A stretch of DNA of 52,664 nucleotides from Chara braunii (taxonomy: Eukaryota > Plantae > Charophyceae): NCBI GenBank assembly GCA_003427395.1, contig BFEA01000004.1:1593812-1646475 (forward strand), read 5' to 3'. The notes beneath the pieces were generated by a model that saw nothing but the letters and a program-made list of their open reading frames with translations, did no database searches and had not been told where the DNA came from. The position numbers and the translations under genes were made by a program. Numbering within the stretch: position 1 is the stretch's first letter; each line of letters begins with the position of its first letter. Below, in pieces: positions 35,753-48,340 of this stretch.

Positions 35753-37251
35753 TTAACCACATAATACGCTGTTTAACCAAAACTCGAGTCTACTTACAAT
35801 ATCGCGCCTAGTATTTTTTTCCACTTGAGTTATAACTATTCTCTTGCTTGAGCACAAAGATGTCGCGCACAAGACTTCGCGTAAATAATTGTCCTTTCGT
35901 CATGCGTGAATAAGTGAACAATCGTCATGACGCAGTACTTTATAATGCCCAGAAACATATGATTCCCTTTTAACCGTGGGATTGCATTCGACGCTCATGT
36001 GTTGGCTGACGCGCACGCTAAAGGGTCAATCCTTTAGCGAGCGCCGAAGGGGACTGAGCACCTTGCCATCTTCTGCACCTTGTTGTACCCCAAATAGAGT
36101 ACTAAGATAAGATGACACTGGGGGTAGAAGGGAACTTGAAGTGGTGGTGAGTTGTCTGGCGCACCAACAACAACACGCTAACCTTTCTATCCGGAACCTT
36201 ATCGTTCCACCAATATAACTTTAAAGAAGGAAAATCAAATTCTCTTGTGCGCCCGATCGTGTAATTATTCGTAGGCCAAGGCCTATGCGAAACCACGCGT
36301 GCACAAACTATGACATTCGTACGCAAGGAAATGGTCAAGTCGCTCGCCGTTCCTTTGCGAGTGCCCCTAGTCATAACGTGTTCCACACAAGACTTCCAGT
36401 GTAGCTCGCGCACGGAATTATTTAAGAAGGACGCATGTACGATAAAAATCATAATATTCAGATATGCGAACTCTTAGGACCGACTGTCCTTGCGACGCTT
36501 CACATGTTACCCACAATTCGCTCACCTCTACGCGGGTTTCAGTGTTAGGTCCGACACTCAAATGTCAGATATGAGGTATCGTGAAGGATATTTCCTTCAC
36601 GATATTGAACAACTAAAGGATAAGTTGTTCAACCCTCGTGGCGCCTCTGACCCCAAGACAGAGCGCCACGAGAGGCAGTGTGTAAACGTTCATCGCTTAA
36701 AAATTTTCTTTTATGCTGAGCTGGAACCTAGAATGTGCTTGACAAGGATTTCGAATTTTAAGTTCAAGACCAACATCCAGCAAATTAAATTAAATAGCAA
36801 AAACAAACATGTGGATTATCGCGAGTATCACACGAATTATGCATATACACATTCACTTGCCGATAATAATTACGCAAAAAAAAAAAAAAAAAAAAAGGTT
36901 TGTGTGACATCTGACGGTCACTCTCACAACGATATTGTGGTTTGTCTATCTACATTCACGCAATATACAGGCAATCAAGGCTCAATCCAGAATCTTTCAT
37001 GCATACTTGGAATCACATAAAGTCTAAACATGAACTTCATACACAATAAGGGAGTCAACTTCACCGTTTTCTGCGACCCATACCTTGCATTACGCACACA
37101 AGCCCGAACAACTTTCCACAATCTCACAACAAAGTTACTCCGTTTTTGTAAAAATAACCACTTAAAAAAAGTATGGGTGAAAACCTCAAGAAACATGAGA
37201 AACTCATAAGAGCTAAGGTTTAAGGTTAAAAAAAAAAACATTTTCACAAAA

Positions 37252-37745
37252 AAATAAAATTGAAAAAATATTTCATTGAAAAAGATCCTTCATATTTAAA
37301 AATTATTATTTCAATGTTCGTCCAATGATAAAATTTTCAATTTTGTTTAATACGTTTCTGTATAAAAATGAGTTTTTTCTTCCACATACATCTATTTGTT
37401 GAAGATGGAATGGAAGTCTGGACGAGTTTAGAAAATGCCTTAATTATCCTTTGAATCTATTACAATAGGTATCTTCTTCTAATTTAGATAGGATTAACTC
37501 ATTTATGATTGAAAATCCTTATATAGAATGACATTTCAATTAAAATATTTAATGAACTTATCCAGACTTTCATTTCATTTTTAGTATGCAGTTCAAATAA
37601 GAAGGGATACCCCATTCTTGGAAGAAAAATTTTCAAGGTAGACGGAAAATTAAAAAAATAGAATGAATTTTTTTAAGATGGAATGAAAATTTAAAATTTA
37701 GAATGTAACTATAAAATGATTATTTAATTCTGATAATTTTTTTTG
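37252..37745. repeat. AT-rich ~490-bp repeat, copy 1
   Basis: Colinear with 39361-39815 except for an inverted internal segment. Confidence 0.85.
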
Positions 37746-38509
37746 TTAAATTGAGATGCAGAAGTATGTAAGTTGCGTTCTAAGCCGACCATAATCAAAG
37801 GATAATAGAAGAGAGATCCTTTGTAGGATCACTCCGAACGAATTGAGTCTTCAATAAAAAGCGTAGAGGTGCATCATAGTATAAGTAAAAAAAAACAAAG
37901 TTTTGGGAACATCCTCCCTAAACAGGGTGGATTGTCAAATTTATCATAGCAGAAAATAATGTAACTCTCCAAATTTCATAATATTTCGGCACCACTTCTC
38001 GTAGGAAATGCATCTTTCAAAAAATTTTATAAGTTCGAAAATGACTAACTCCTTTTTATTTGTAAAAAGTTCGGTAGCGTTTCCCGCTGGAAAGGAAAAT
38101 TATAGAGATTTATACAAAGTTGAAAATGCATAAGCAAAGTATAACTATACTTGGGATTAACTTCTTACACTCACTTGATAATTAGAACTGAAGATAGTCT
38201 ACACGACGCTTCTTTGAAGATGATATCGTGAGCTAACACCATTCCTAACTTCTCTAGCATGGTCAGTCTGATCTTTTTCAAGTTTCAAGCGTCCCTCTCA
38301 TCATCCATCTTACCTATCTATAACTTTAACACTCAACAGACATCGAAATCACTAAGCTATTAAAATAATATTCCAAAGATAAACCACCAAAGACACACAC
38401 AAGTGAGCACAATAACATCTCTTGTTAACCCTCAGATTCCTTTCCAGATTACATAATTCGTTTCAGTCTCACGTTATTACCCTTTCACCTTTCATTATAT
38501 AAAACATAG

Positions 38510-40045
38510 GATCAAACAACTCAACTTATGGGTATGACTGAACTAACTAAATTATATGATAAGGCAACACCAACTTGTGGTATCCTAGTCTGGTAGAACA
38601 AGTAAAAGTAAAGCATATGACCACACTTGACCAACTTATGGTGTGACTAACTTATGCCTAGACGATTAACATAAGGCGTATGACCGAGCCGCACTAACTT
38701 ATGGTGAGGTTGATCCGCCTAAACATTCGACATAAACAAATAATCGGACCACCGAAACTTATGAGGAAGTCCAACCTTTGTCCGAACAAACGACAAAAAA
38801 CATATAACTATAACACACCAACTTATGGTATGTCTAGTCAGCCAAGACAATGGCATATAACATAGAACTAGGCTACGAAACTTACGGGTAGTCCGACATG
38901 TTTAGACAAGCAACATGAGCGTATGACTGAACGGCCCCCAATTTATGGGTTTGCTCAACCTCCACAACACATACATTCAACAAGTAAGATCACATTTTCA
39001 TTCTCTCTTCCGACAGATGGTCGTATCACTCCAACTTATGGAGATCCCCAACCAAGTCTCAATTATGTTTTTTTTTAAAATAGTCAATTTTTATATTATC
39101 TCTCTACATGTTTTCCTAACATGGGTATAAGACCGAACTATCCAACTTCTGGATGAATCCAGCCTGTCCAAAGTTACCTCTCAATTTTATACTCTGAATC
39201 TTATTTCTTTTCTGTTTTTGTCTTCTACTCGCTTATATGGTTAGATCTCCCAACTTATGGCTCTTAGCCTACCAATAATATAATACATAAATAAATATAT
39301 CATATTTTATACTTTGGTTCCACTTATGTTCACGACTCATAACATCAAAATTCCCACAAGAAATGAAAGTTGAAAAAACATTCCATAAAAAAAAAAATCC
39401 TTCATATTTATAAATTGTAATTCCAATGTTCGTTTAATTCTAAAATGTTCAATTTAATTTGACAAGTTCCCGTATAAATATGAGTTTTCCCTTCCAACTA
39501 CATCTATTTGTTTAAGGTGGAATGAAAGTCTGAACGAGTTTATGAAATATTTTAATTAGACTTTCATTCTACGACAACAAATATCTTCTAATTTAAATTA
39601 GATTGACCTATTTACGAATGAAAATCCTTACTTAGAATGACAGTCTAATCAAAATATTTTATTTCCAAAAAAAAAATGGGGTATCCCTTCTTATTTGAAC
39701 TGCACGCTAGAGATGGAATGAAAGTAAAAAATGACATTTTTTAAGATGGAATGAAAATTTGAAATTTAGAATGTAATTTTACTCTAAAATTATTATTTAA
39801 TCCTGTGAATTTTTTCTATTTCATGACGTGGTCACACGAACTTATGGTGTGACTAGTCTTTGTCTGTGTCCCCCTCATAAATAAACATAGTACTTGATAC
39901 ACGCACTTAGAATGTGTCAAACTCTGTTCTTTAAGGAAAAAAATAAGGAGTCTAAGTGTCCGACTTATGAGTTTCATCCTCCGTTAAGAAACGACACTTA
40001 AAACATGCAATCGGATCGTCAAACGTATGGAGTGGTCGAACCTCT
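38510..40045 (+). repeat. Stem-loop array, ~60-bp period, conserved CAACTTATG core
   Basis: Cores at 38522, 38571, 38632, 38695, 38755, 38819, 38878, 38939, 39032, 39143, 39251, 39321, 39838, 39903, 39961, 40021. Confidence 0.85.
39361..39815. repeat. AT-rich repeat, copy 2, interrupting the stem-loop array
   Basis: Homologous to 37252-37745. Confidence 0.85.
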
Positions 40046-42950
40046 GAAAATTAAGCACACTTCCCAATATACAAAAAAAAAACATAGCATTGAGCTCACA
40101 TACTCAGAATGGACTCAACCTTTGGTAGACCGCTCAGTCACAAACAAAATCAATTTTCCTTCCGCCTTTCCCCATTCATTATATCTGAATTTTCATAAAT
40201 AATATGAATTTTGACACATACTCATTAATTTACTTTTCAAATCAAGTCTTGAAATTTAAACAAACAAATGTAATAAGCTTTCTTAGTCATACCTTCAGAC
40301 AAATAGAGAGTTGTATATTTTAAGGGATGGGATCACACACGTAAAACGATCATTATATTTGTGTGTTCCCTGCCTCTAGAATCCCGCATGAGCTTCGACA
40401 GAGCTCTTACAATCGGTGGGCTTACCTCCCACAAGGTCTTGCTGAGGATTACGGTTTTTCAATCTCGTCTGCATCCTTCCTCTCCGAACCAATTGGACTC
40501 GACTTAGGATAAGAAGGGAAAAGGTAGAGATCATTGGGTCTCTCAAATGCAAGGAGGGTGCCAAAAAACTTGCGCGAGAGGGCCTTGCAACCTTCAATCA
40601 CCTGATGGCCCTACAAAGGTGGTCATAAAGCGCAGTGCAGACGGCTCGACCTTGGTCAGAACGCAGAGTAACAACCCCCCATGACAACCCTTTAAGTAGC
40701 AGCAGTGGCCCCTTCTGACCAAACCGCCACTATGTAGCTTATAAAGGTTGCGCTCGAATAGAGCACACCCCTTTGCTCTATTTGAACGCAAGCAAAATGT
40801 AGCAAAACTCAACAAAACACAATATGCACAGTAATACTTAGTGGCGTCGCATCAACTTGATTCCCACTGTTTAAAATAGCTGGTTCGTTCTAAAACGATT
40901 GCAACCTCGGCAGTCTTGGTAGAAAACTTGTTGGGCTCCGTTAGCATAACTAAGAACCAAAATGACATGCATCAGCATTAACCTGCTGTTGAAAGCAACA
41001 CATCACTACGGATTGCAGAAACAAAACAATGTCAATATAGCCTAAACTATTGATGGGAAAATTTCAGGTTTGTCGTAGCTGTAAAAAAAAACTAGACTGT
41101 GTTGTTTGCGAGCTCAGTTCTCCCTGCTACAAAATTTCAAATGTGTTGTTTGTGATATGTGGACAACTCGTCCAAGTTTCATAGGCACTTAAGCCTGAGT
41201 GGAAATAGGTTGCCTGACGGAGCCACCATCTAAGTAACTAGTGGAAATAGGCTGCTTGACGGAGCCACCGTTTAACCAACTAAGTATACGATCTATAGCA
41301 GACCTAACCAATTAGACACCAACTTGGAATCAGCAACGCCCCTACTAAACAACAATGATACAACTTTGAGTAAGGACAACAATACTCGTGAATAAAGCAG
41401 CAACTGACCGGACTTCGAATCGTGCCTAGGTTGGGACTTCCTCTCGCTATTCTTCAATGTTTCACACCCTTGATCAAAACTTTCGTCTAGACTCAAGCAT
41501 GCTAAGTATCAATCAATGGTCACACACTGCCACCCTACCTCATTTTCAAAAATAGGAGAATGCAGCTTCAAACAATGAAAGAAACAACTTTCTTTAACAC
41601 TCTTACTAATAAACAATGATCAACGAAATGAAGGTGGTGCCCTCACGTCTGAAGAGGGTGACCACGAAGATTCTGACCCCCACTTCCTAATCTGTGCAAA
41701 TGAGAATGTATGTTTTGCCTAAATATAGTCCGATGCATCCAAAGTTCTGCTAGTAATCACGACGACGAATCTGATTTCCCATGCACCTAACCGCCTACGT
41801 GCTTTGGTGTATTCGAAGGAAGAAAGAGCTTGACTGTCGGAGCAAGAACCACGAAGAGGACAGGCAATAACTCACTCTCCACTGAGATCTTGACGAACAC
41901 CAAGTAACTCATCATCAGCGAGGCGGTTACTGCTCTCAAACTGAGGATTGTAATGACGGGTACCGCTTGGATTGCATCGACTGTACGTGGTCACCGGATC
42001 TAGCGTCACTAGTACTCACTAAATGTGCAAAAATGAAAACGAGTTTTCCCGTATAAGGGGTCCGAGTACATCCACCACTTGGACACAAGTACGATATCGG
42101 GAAAAGCTACCATATGCAATACCTTGGAGGTGACTGCGAGTAGTACTGTGACTATGATGGTGACCATGAATCAACAATACAACCAGCACCAGTATCCCGA
42201 TGGGGATCTCTGTGACGAACATGTAGGTCCCCTTTTCTCTCTCCCTCTACAACGCGCGCACACATTTACACACTCCTTTCAACTTCACTCTCTCTCCTCG
42301 GCTCAATTTCCTCCCTCTCATTCCTGGCGTATCTTCCCTTATTGTTAGTCTTTGGTAGAAGTATTATTTTTTCCTCTATTTTTTTTTATAGTGTGCACGC
42401 TTGCTTTGCTTTCGTTTGCTCCCCTTTCCCTCCGTGTTTGCTTTCTCTCGTGAGCTATCATCCTCCTCACGATCTTTCTCTTCACAATTTAGCGCAACTT
42501 TCCATTTGTTAGTCCGATAGCGCTTTGACCAACGAAATAAAAGAAAAATTCCCCTCCATGCTCGTGCAACTTGCCTTAAGTAGCATCCTCCAACAATGTT
42601 CGGTAGACTCTTTAGAGGACTACCCGATTGCAAGTGGGCCAGGTAAACCTTCCCTGTATCGTTCCAACGTTAACGGGTCTCTCGAAGGACTAGGTCACAG
42701 GCAACTGCCTCGGGGTATCATCATCGAACCGACCGACCATAGATAATTCAATTTTGTATTATCTTGGGCATTTGATTGTATCTGGATCCAAACTCAAGTC
42801 TGTCTTTCAACATTTCATGGGTGTACCAACTGAGCGAGGCATATTGACCACATCGTCGGTCTCAATACCAGTAGCAGTCTCGGTCCCAGAAACGGGATTT
42901 TAAGAAAAATAAAAATATAATAATAAAATAAAGAAGGATAAAATACGAGG

Positions 42951-43114
42951 GAGTCACGAAAATGAGTTATAATTGTGCAATAGGCCAAGATGCAATTTTG
43001 AATTGCAGTTCGAGCAATGTATACAACCCAACTTTCTGCCCAGGTAGGGTGCCCCAACTGCAATTGTGAACTGTATTTTGCCCCATAGTGCAGTTCGAAC
43101 TCATTTTGTGACTC
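42951..43114. mobile_element. Foldback MITE, 164 bp
   Basis: GAGTCACGAAAATGAGTT / AACTCATTTTGTGACTC, with imperfect pairing continuing ~60 bp inward. Confidence 0.65.
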
Positions 43115-46100
43115 TACTGAAGTTACCTCAATAAAGAAAGGAAAAATTGGGCAATAGTGGAGAGGGGGAGAACAATTGGAACCCCTTTTTTATCCCATCA
43201 ATCAATCCTGTGGTCGGGGTCGTCCGGAAAAAAAAAAACAAGGGGGATAGCCCATAGAACCTTCAATCCTTCGGCTTTTTCCCATTGTGCCCCGTAGCTC
43301 CATTGTCGCCAGCAGTTGGTCTCGATCCATGTATGCGCAATTTGATAGTCAAACGTCATAACCTATAGTACTAGGTCCATAGTTGGTTGTAGCAGGTGCG
43401 AATTTAATTATAAAGTGCATCTGCCCCAGTCTAGACTTGTCGGATTGCACTAAAGGTCGCACTTTGGCCCACAGGTCACTCCTACAATCATTACACGCCC
43501 GCACTTGCCGTTTGGAGGGGCCGGTTTTACTCGTGGTCACACATATAGCAAAAGCGCACATTCGACGATAATTTTATCCCTCTCAATCGGCTACTCCCTA
43601 AAAAAATGCACTCTTTACTACCTCGGTGTCGGAAAATCCCGACTTTCACTCATACCACACACCGTTCTCGTCCATTTTGCTAAGGTCATTGGTGGTTTTT
43701 ACTGCCAACCAAAACATGACCAACCTAAATACACAACACACTTCACACTACGTGGCCCCTAGACGCCACGTCAGGTAAGTCAACAAACTCATCTCTGATC
43801 ACGATTTTGATAGTTAACCTCAACATCTACCTTAACATCGCCAGTGTCTACGTGCACACGATTAATGTGTGCGATCAAAATTTTATTCTTTTTTTAGCAC
43901 GCACTTTTGTGCGAGGTTGCTAATTATAACATTAGTTTACTAAATCATCAGACGTCTGCTTAAAACCGCACGCGCCCTCAAATTGTACGCTCACACACTC
44001 TTTGATCTAGCCATAGGCGCGCTTGCCATTCAGACTTTTAAGAGTCGGGTCTGGTTGTGCGAAAATGTGTTACTCTCTCAAATATCATCAAAGATGTGTC
44101 TTGTGTGAGACGCAAAAATACGGACAAATACCATTAAAGGGTATTCGTGCCGATAACGCAAGTCTGGTTGCTTGTCCCGACAAGCATGAGATGCAATAAT
44201 CATAATGATGCAAAGTTGTGCTAGAGAGCAGGAGACTATTTAAAGGACCCTTACGTACTCTACTAAACCTTGAACGCACTATAAAGTCGATCTCAAACAC
44301 AACCTATCAAACTACTAGAAACAAAATAGCAAAACAACCTAACTAGTAACGTAAAACAGTGTAACAATGAAATGGAAAAAAAAAATGATAGTAGCAAAAG
44401 CAGAAAGCACAATACCTCCTAGAGATAGAAACCCCTCTGAGGGGAATGGGGCCTTACTTGAAAAGGAAAAACTTTGAAAAATAGAAAGAGACCATATAAA
44501 TGAGCAAAAAAGACTCACCGACATGACTGATAATAAACCTACAAGAGGACTCACCCCCACTAGGCCAGCGAGCTAACTAGTAGAGGAGGTTGGTTGTAGA
44601 GAAGTTTTGTTGGGCCTGCCCAAGGGGCTTCAATCAGAGAGCATCTTGAGCAGGCCCAAGGACAAACCTATTACTAGTTCAAGGAGAATCAAATTAAAGA
44701 TAATTTAAGTATTGCAAGGATGAACTCAAATCCTCACGCTCGGCAGGAGAAGAGCTCACAGGGGAGGTTGGTTGGGTTTGTCCTGAATGCCTAAACCAAC
44801 AAGAATCTAGAGTAGACAAAAAAACATATTTATTATTGGTAAAGTCATAAGTGACAAAGTTAGGAAACATGGCCTAAGCACGTGCAAGAAAGAAGTTTGA
44901 AGTAACTAGAGTTGCCCAGTGCTTACGGAGGAAATCAACTTCAATACGATGTCGAATGTTCAGGATAGTCTGGCGTTGGAGATGAACCATCGATGAGGCC
45001 TCGTTCTTTCGCCCAGGCTGCTAAGATGGCAGCACGAGTAAACTTTGACACATACAAAGCAGAAGCCGACCAGTTTTTCAGGTTTTATCTCGAGAGAATG
45101 TGAGCAGTGAGGTCATAAGAGAGGATAGGGGGAGAGGGTCCTTGACATAAAAGTGATCATGCCCAACAAAAAACACGTTGCAGAGGGCAATTGACCCAAA
45201 GATGTAGAAAATCCTCAGCTCCCAAGCAATAGGCACAACAAGATGAGTCGTAAGCCACAAGCGTGAAACCATCTTGGCATGAGGAAGTCCACGGACTATG
45301 TCACAAAATTAAAAAAAAAAAAAAAATTATCCACAATCCGAGTGTCTGTGCAAAAATAACTTCCCTCTTCACTCATTTTTGTTTAAGGTTGGCTATGATG
45401 TAAAAGTTGGGTGCACGAAGTTGGTAGAGACGTTATCTCACCTACTTTTTGAATACCTATACCCTAGGGCAAACCCTATAGGAAACAACATCTTGCTTTT
45501 CGGGTTTAAAAGTTCCGTGTCAATCTAAGGGGTCCTTTAGTGGCTGAGTTGACTTGGGGGATTGACCTAAAAGAGAGGGATTGCCTGATTGTAAGAGGTT
45601 TGAGGGTGTGTAAGACGAAGAATTAGTGTGAGCAAAGCGGTAACTCTGTGTGCATTGGATAATCCTCGTGATGTCTTGTGTATGTGTCGCAAATCAATGG
45701 GTTTTCATATCGATTCAACTCAATGGAAATGACTTCTTATTATGGGTTTGATCCATTATGGCTTCGATCTGGACTCTCAAATGATATGCACCATTTTATT
45801 TGCTTGGATGAAGGACTTTGACTTTGATTTGGATTGAGAGGCTAAGGGCGTACCTCTCTTTTGTATTGCTACTGGCTAAGAGTCCACCTCCTTTGATACC
45901 TGATCGAGGGCATTGACTCTTTGTGTTTTCTTGTTCTTGTTTTTAGTTTTTGTTAAATGTAGTGACATCTCCTCACCTTGCTTATCTATGGGCTTAGTCC
46001 CGACTCCTCGATATGTAGAGTTGATACCCGACCCGCATCCGAGTCGAGGGAATCGTTCGCCTATCGATAATTCAGTCAATAATATAAGTTCATGCCTCCT

Positions 46101-46169
46101 TGTTATATTTAAGGCTGCGCATGTCCATGCGAGCCTCAGAGTAAGGGGTCACATTCGACCAATATCTAA

Positions 46170-46580
46170 TAGAGTCGCTAGGTAAATATCACGTGATCCC
46201 ACTTAGGAGTTTTGCGCCCTAAGTGGTGGTTTGTGGCCAACCTAACAGTCGAGCATATTACCATATGTTTCCCCTATGCTGTAGTGACTATAGCAATGCC
46301 CAAGGTTAGTCCACCTCTAACGTGGCATGTAACGGTCACCACACATGGGTCTGTCACTCGGTAGGGATACACCCACTTAAGGATTATGACAACTCCTCAG
46401 GTGGAGATAAGTTGTACCTCGCGGAACCCTGTTATGTCGAAAAAATCAACGAGAAGTACAGTTGGCACACTTGGTCGGAGCGACACCCTGCTCTTTGCAC
46501 ATCCGCAACATACCAAACCATGTTCTGTGTGAAACACTTAGGAGGACCCTCGTGCATTGCACACCTTGATGCATAACCAG
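46170..46580 (+). repeat. Diverged dispersed repeat, homologous to 34520-34920 (-)
   Basis: Same colinear blocks as the 34520-34920 copy. Confidence 0.7.
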
Positions 46581-47189
46581 GTCGATGCACTCGACAAATA
46601 GCCGTGATGTTGAAAATCCTCAAATAGTCGTCCGCTTGATTCATGTGTGATATGTCAAAAATCGTACAAGGGTAATTGTTCTTATTGCCACTTATGCTTG
46701 TCACCGTATGAAAGTCCAGATCACAAAACTGGCACACCATCGTTCCCCTCCTAATCATATACTTTTAGAGAGGCAATTTTGATATTCACACGGCACGTAC
46801 TCGTATCTAGACCACAATATGGTCATCACCCTACCTAGTTGATAATCATCCCCATGCGCAAGTAATGTCAGTATTTCACCAGTATTTCGGCCACATACAA
46901 CAACCACGTCCAATCACCTTGTTCTAGTGTCCAAAAATCTATAATATCACATACATAAAAAAGTACAACTGATAAAATTTAACACAGGCAAAAAAATTGC
47001 AAAAATTAAAAAAAATATTTTTATGACAAAAAATAATAAAAATAACAAAATCAGTGACGACTCTCGTACGGTCATCTAGGAAGGCTATCCAGGCAACCCG
47101 CAATTTGTACCCATGTCATTATTTTTATAGCATTTTTTTTTTTTTTATGGGGGGGCCTCCTAGTTGATAATATTATTCATCTTAGTGAG

Positions 47190-47860
47190 TAAGTTGAGTA
47201 TTCTAGCATCTTGCATTCTATAAAAAAACATTTTGCGATCTCTACTACATCACCTTCTATTTTTGTATTGTTGAATATTTGATGTAGCATTCTAAGGCAC
47301 CTTCTACTGCCTTAGTTTTTTCTACATCAAAACTCTTGAAATGCGTGATTGTGTGAAAGTGCCTACAATACCCATCTAGGAATGTTTTCCGATTCTTCAT
47401 CTGATGCACTTTAGGAGGTTTTTTCATCTTGCTTACAAACTATTGTTTCAGGATACTTCAATTCACTTTTCATCATAATGATTGTACACTTAAGTTCCAA
47501 AGATGAGTGAAAGCAAGTAAATAAAATATGAATAAGTTTATTTGCTCATTGAGTGTCTTCCTTCTTGCCATCCGAAATTCAAATACGTCATCCACAAAAC
47601 GAATACCCTGGGTGTATCTTTTATCAATCCCCAATGATTTCTTCCAATAATACTTGTTAAAATTGCATATCAAATTAACGATTGGCGAGCTTGACCCTTT
47701 GCCCATTGAAACCTCTTTTATGTGTCGCAGCAACTTACCTTGTACCTGAAAATATGCATGTGAAATGTCAATGTGGGTGATAGGTATTGATAAAATGTTA
47801 CACCCATCTTTCTGCCTTTGCTTATTCTTGGGTAGCACCCCGTACACGTGCGAACCAAAA
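47190..47860 (-). pseudogene. Decayed Penelope-like element RT and thumb fragment
   Basis: AYFQVQGKLLRHIKEVSMGKGSSSPIVNL...GIRFVDDVF fits the PLE pattern YF...G....Q..G..MG...SP..ANL..R(Y/F)VDD; thumb-like HFKSF...K.V.GAL downstream. Confidence 0.7.
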
Positions 47861-47891
47861 ATTGCTCATATGTGTACGTAAATATATATAT

Positions 47892-47982
47892 GAAACTCCG
47901 ACGAAACAGTTTGTCACAGCCCCTCGTTTGTTGTCCTCTTCTCCCTCTCTGCCTACGGTTTACCGGGCAGTTCTATTTGACG
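47892..47982 (+). ncRNA. Candidate ~90-nt small RNA or short element sharing its first 35 nt with the LINE 5' end
   Basis: 35/35 identity with 2149-2183; hairpin CTGCCTACGGTTTACCGGGCAG, then TATTTGA; embedded in (TA)n. Confidence 0.4.
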
Positions 47983-48067
47983 ATATATATATATGTATAT
48001 ATATATGTATATATATATGTATATATATATGTATATATATATGTATATATATATGTATATATATATG
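47983..48067. repeat. (TA)n / ATATATATATGT microsatellite
   Basis: Direct observation. Confidence 0.95.
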
Positions 48068-48340
48068 AAAAAAACTTATGTTGTGCAGCATAATAATACA
48101 AACAACTTTTTTTCGGGAGTCGTACCCGAATTCCCAACCAATATAGATTTAAAATTTAAAAACCTTAGTGAAAATTAAAAAATAAAAATAAAATAAAAAT
48201 ATTTTTGAATAGTTTTTCACTTTATATTATAATATTAATTTTCTTGTAGTTATTGATTTCTTACTTGAGTTTGGTTGGGAATTCGGGGATGATTCCTGAA
48301 CAAAAGTTGTTTATATTATGTTTCTGCATAACATATTTTT
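48068..48340. mobile_element. Foldback element with ~70-bp inverted arms
   Basis: TATGTTGTGCAG...CCCGAATTCCCAACCAA vs TTGGTTGGGAATTCGGG...CTGCATAACATA; a partial third arm near 48440-48510. Confidence 0.7.

Noticed and set aside
38510-40045. CRISPR array or repeat-protein interpretation of the ~60-bp periodicity
   Set aside because: The constant part is only ~10 nt, spacers are mutually related, there are no cas genes, periods are often not multiples of 3, and no ORF spans the array
44950-45900. Possible decayed LINE ORF1 (RSFAQAA, GFDPL motifs)
   Set aside because: Motifs are too short and stop-ridden to support a call
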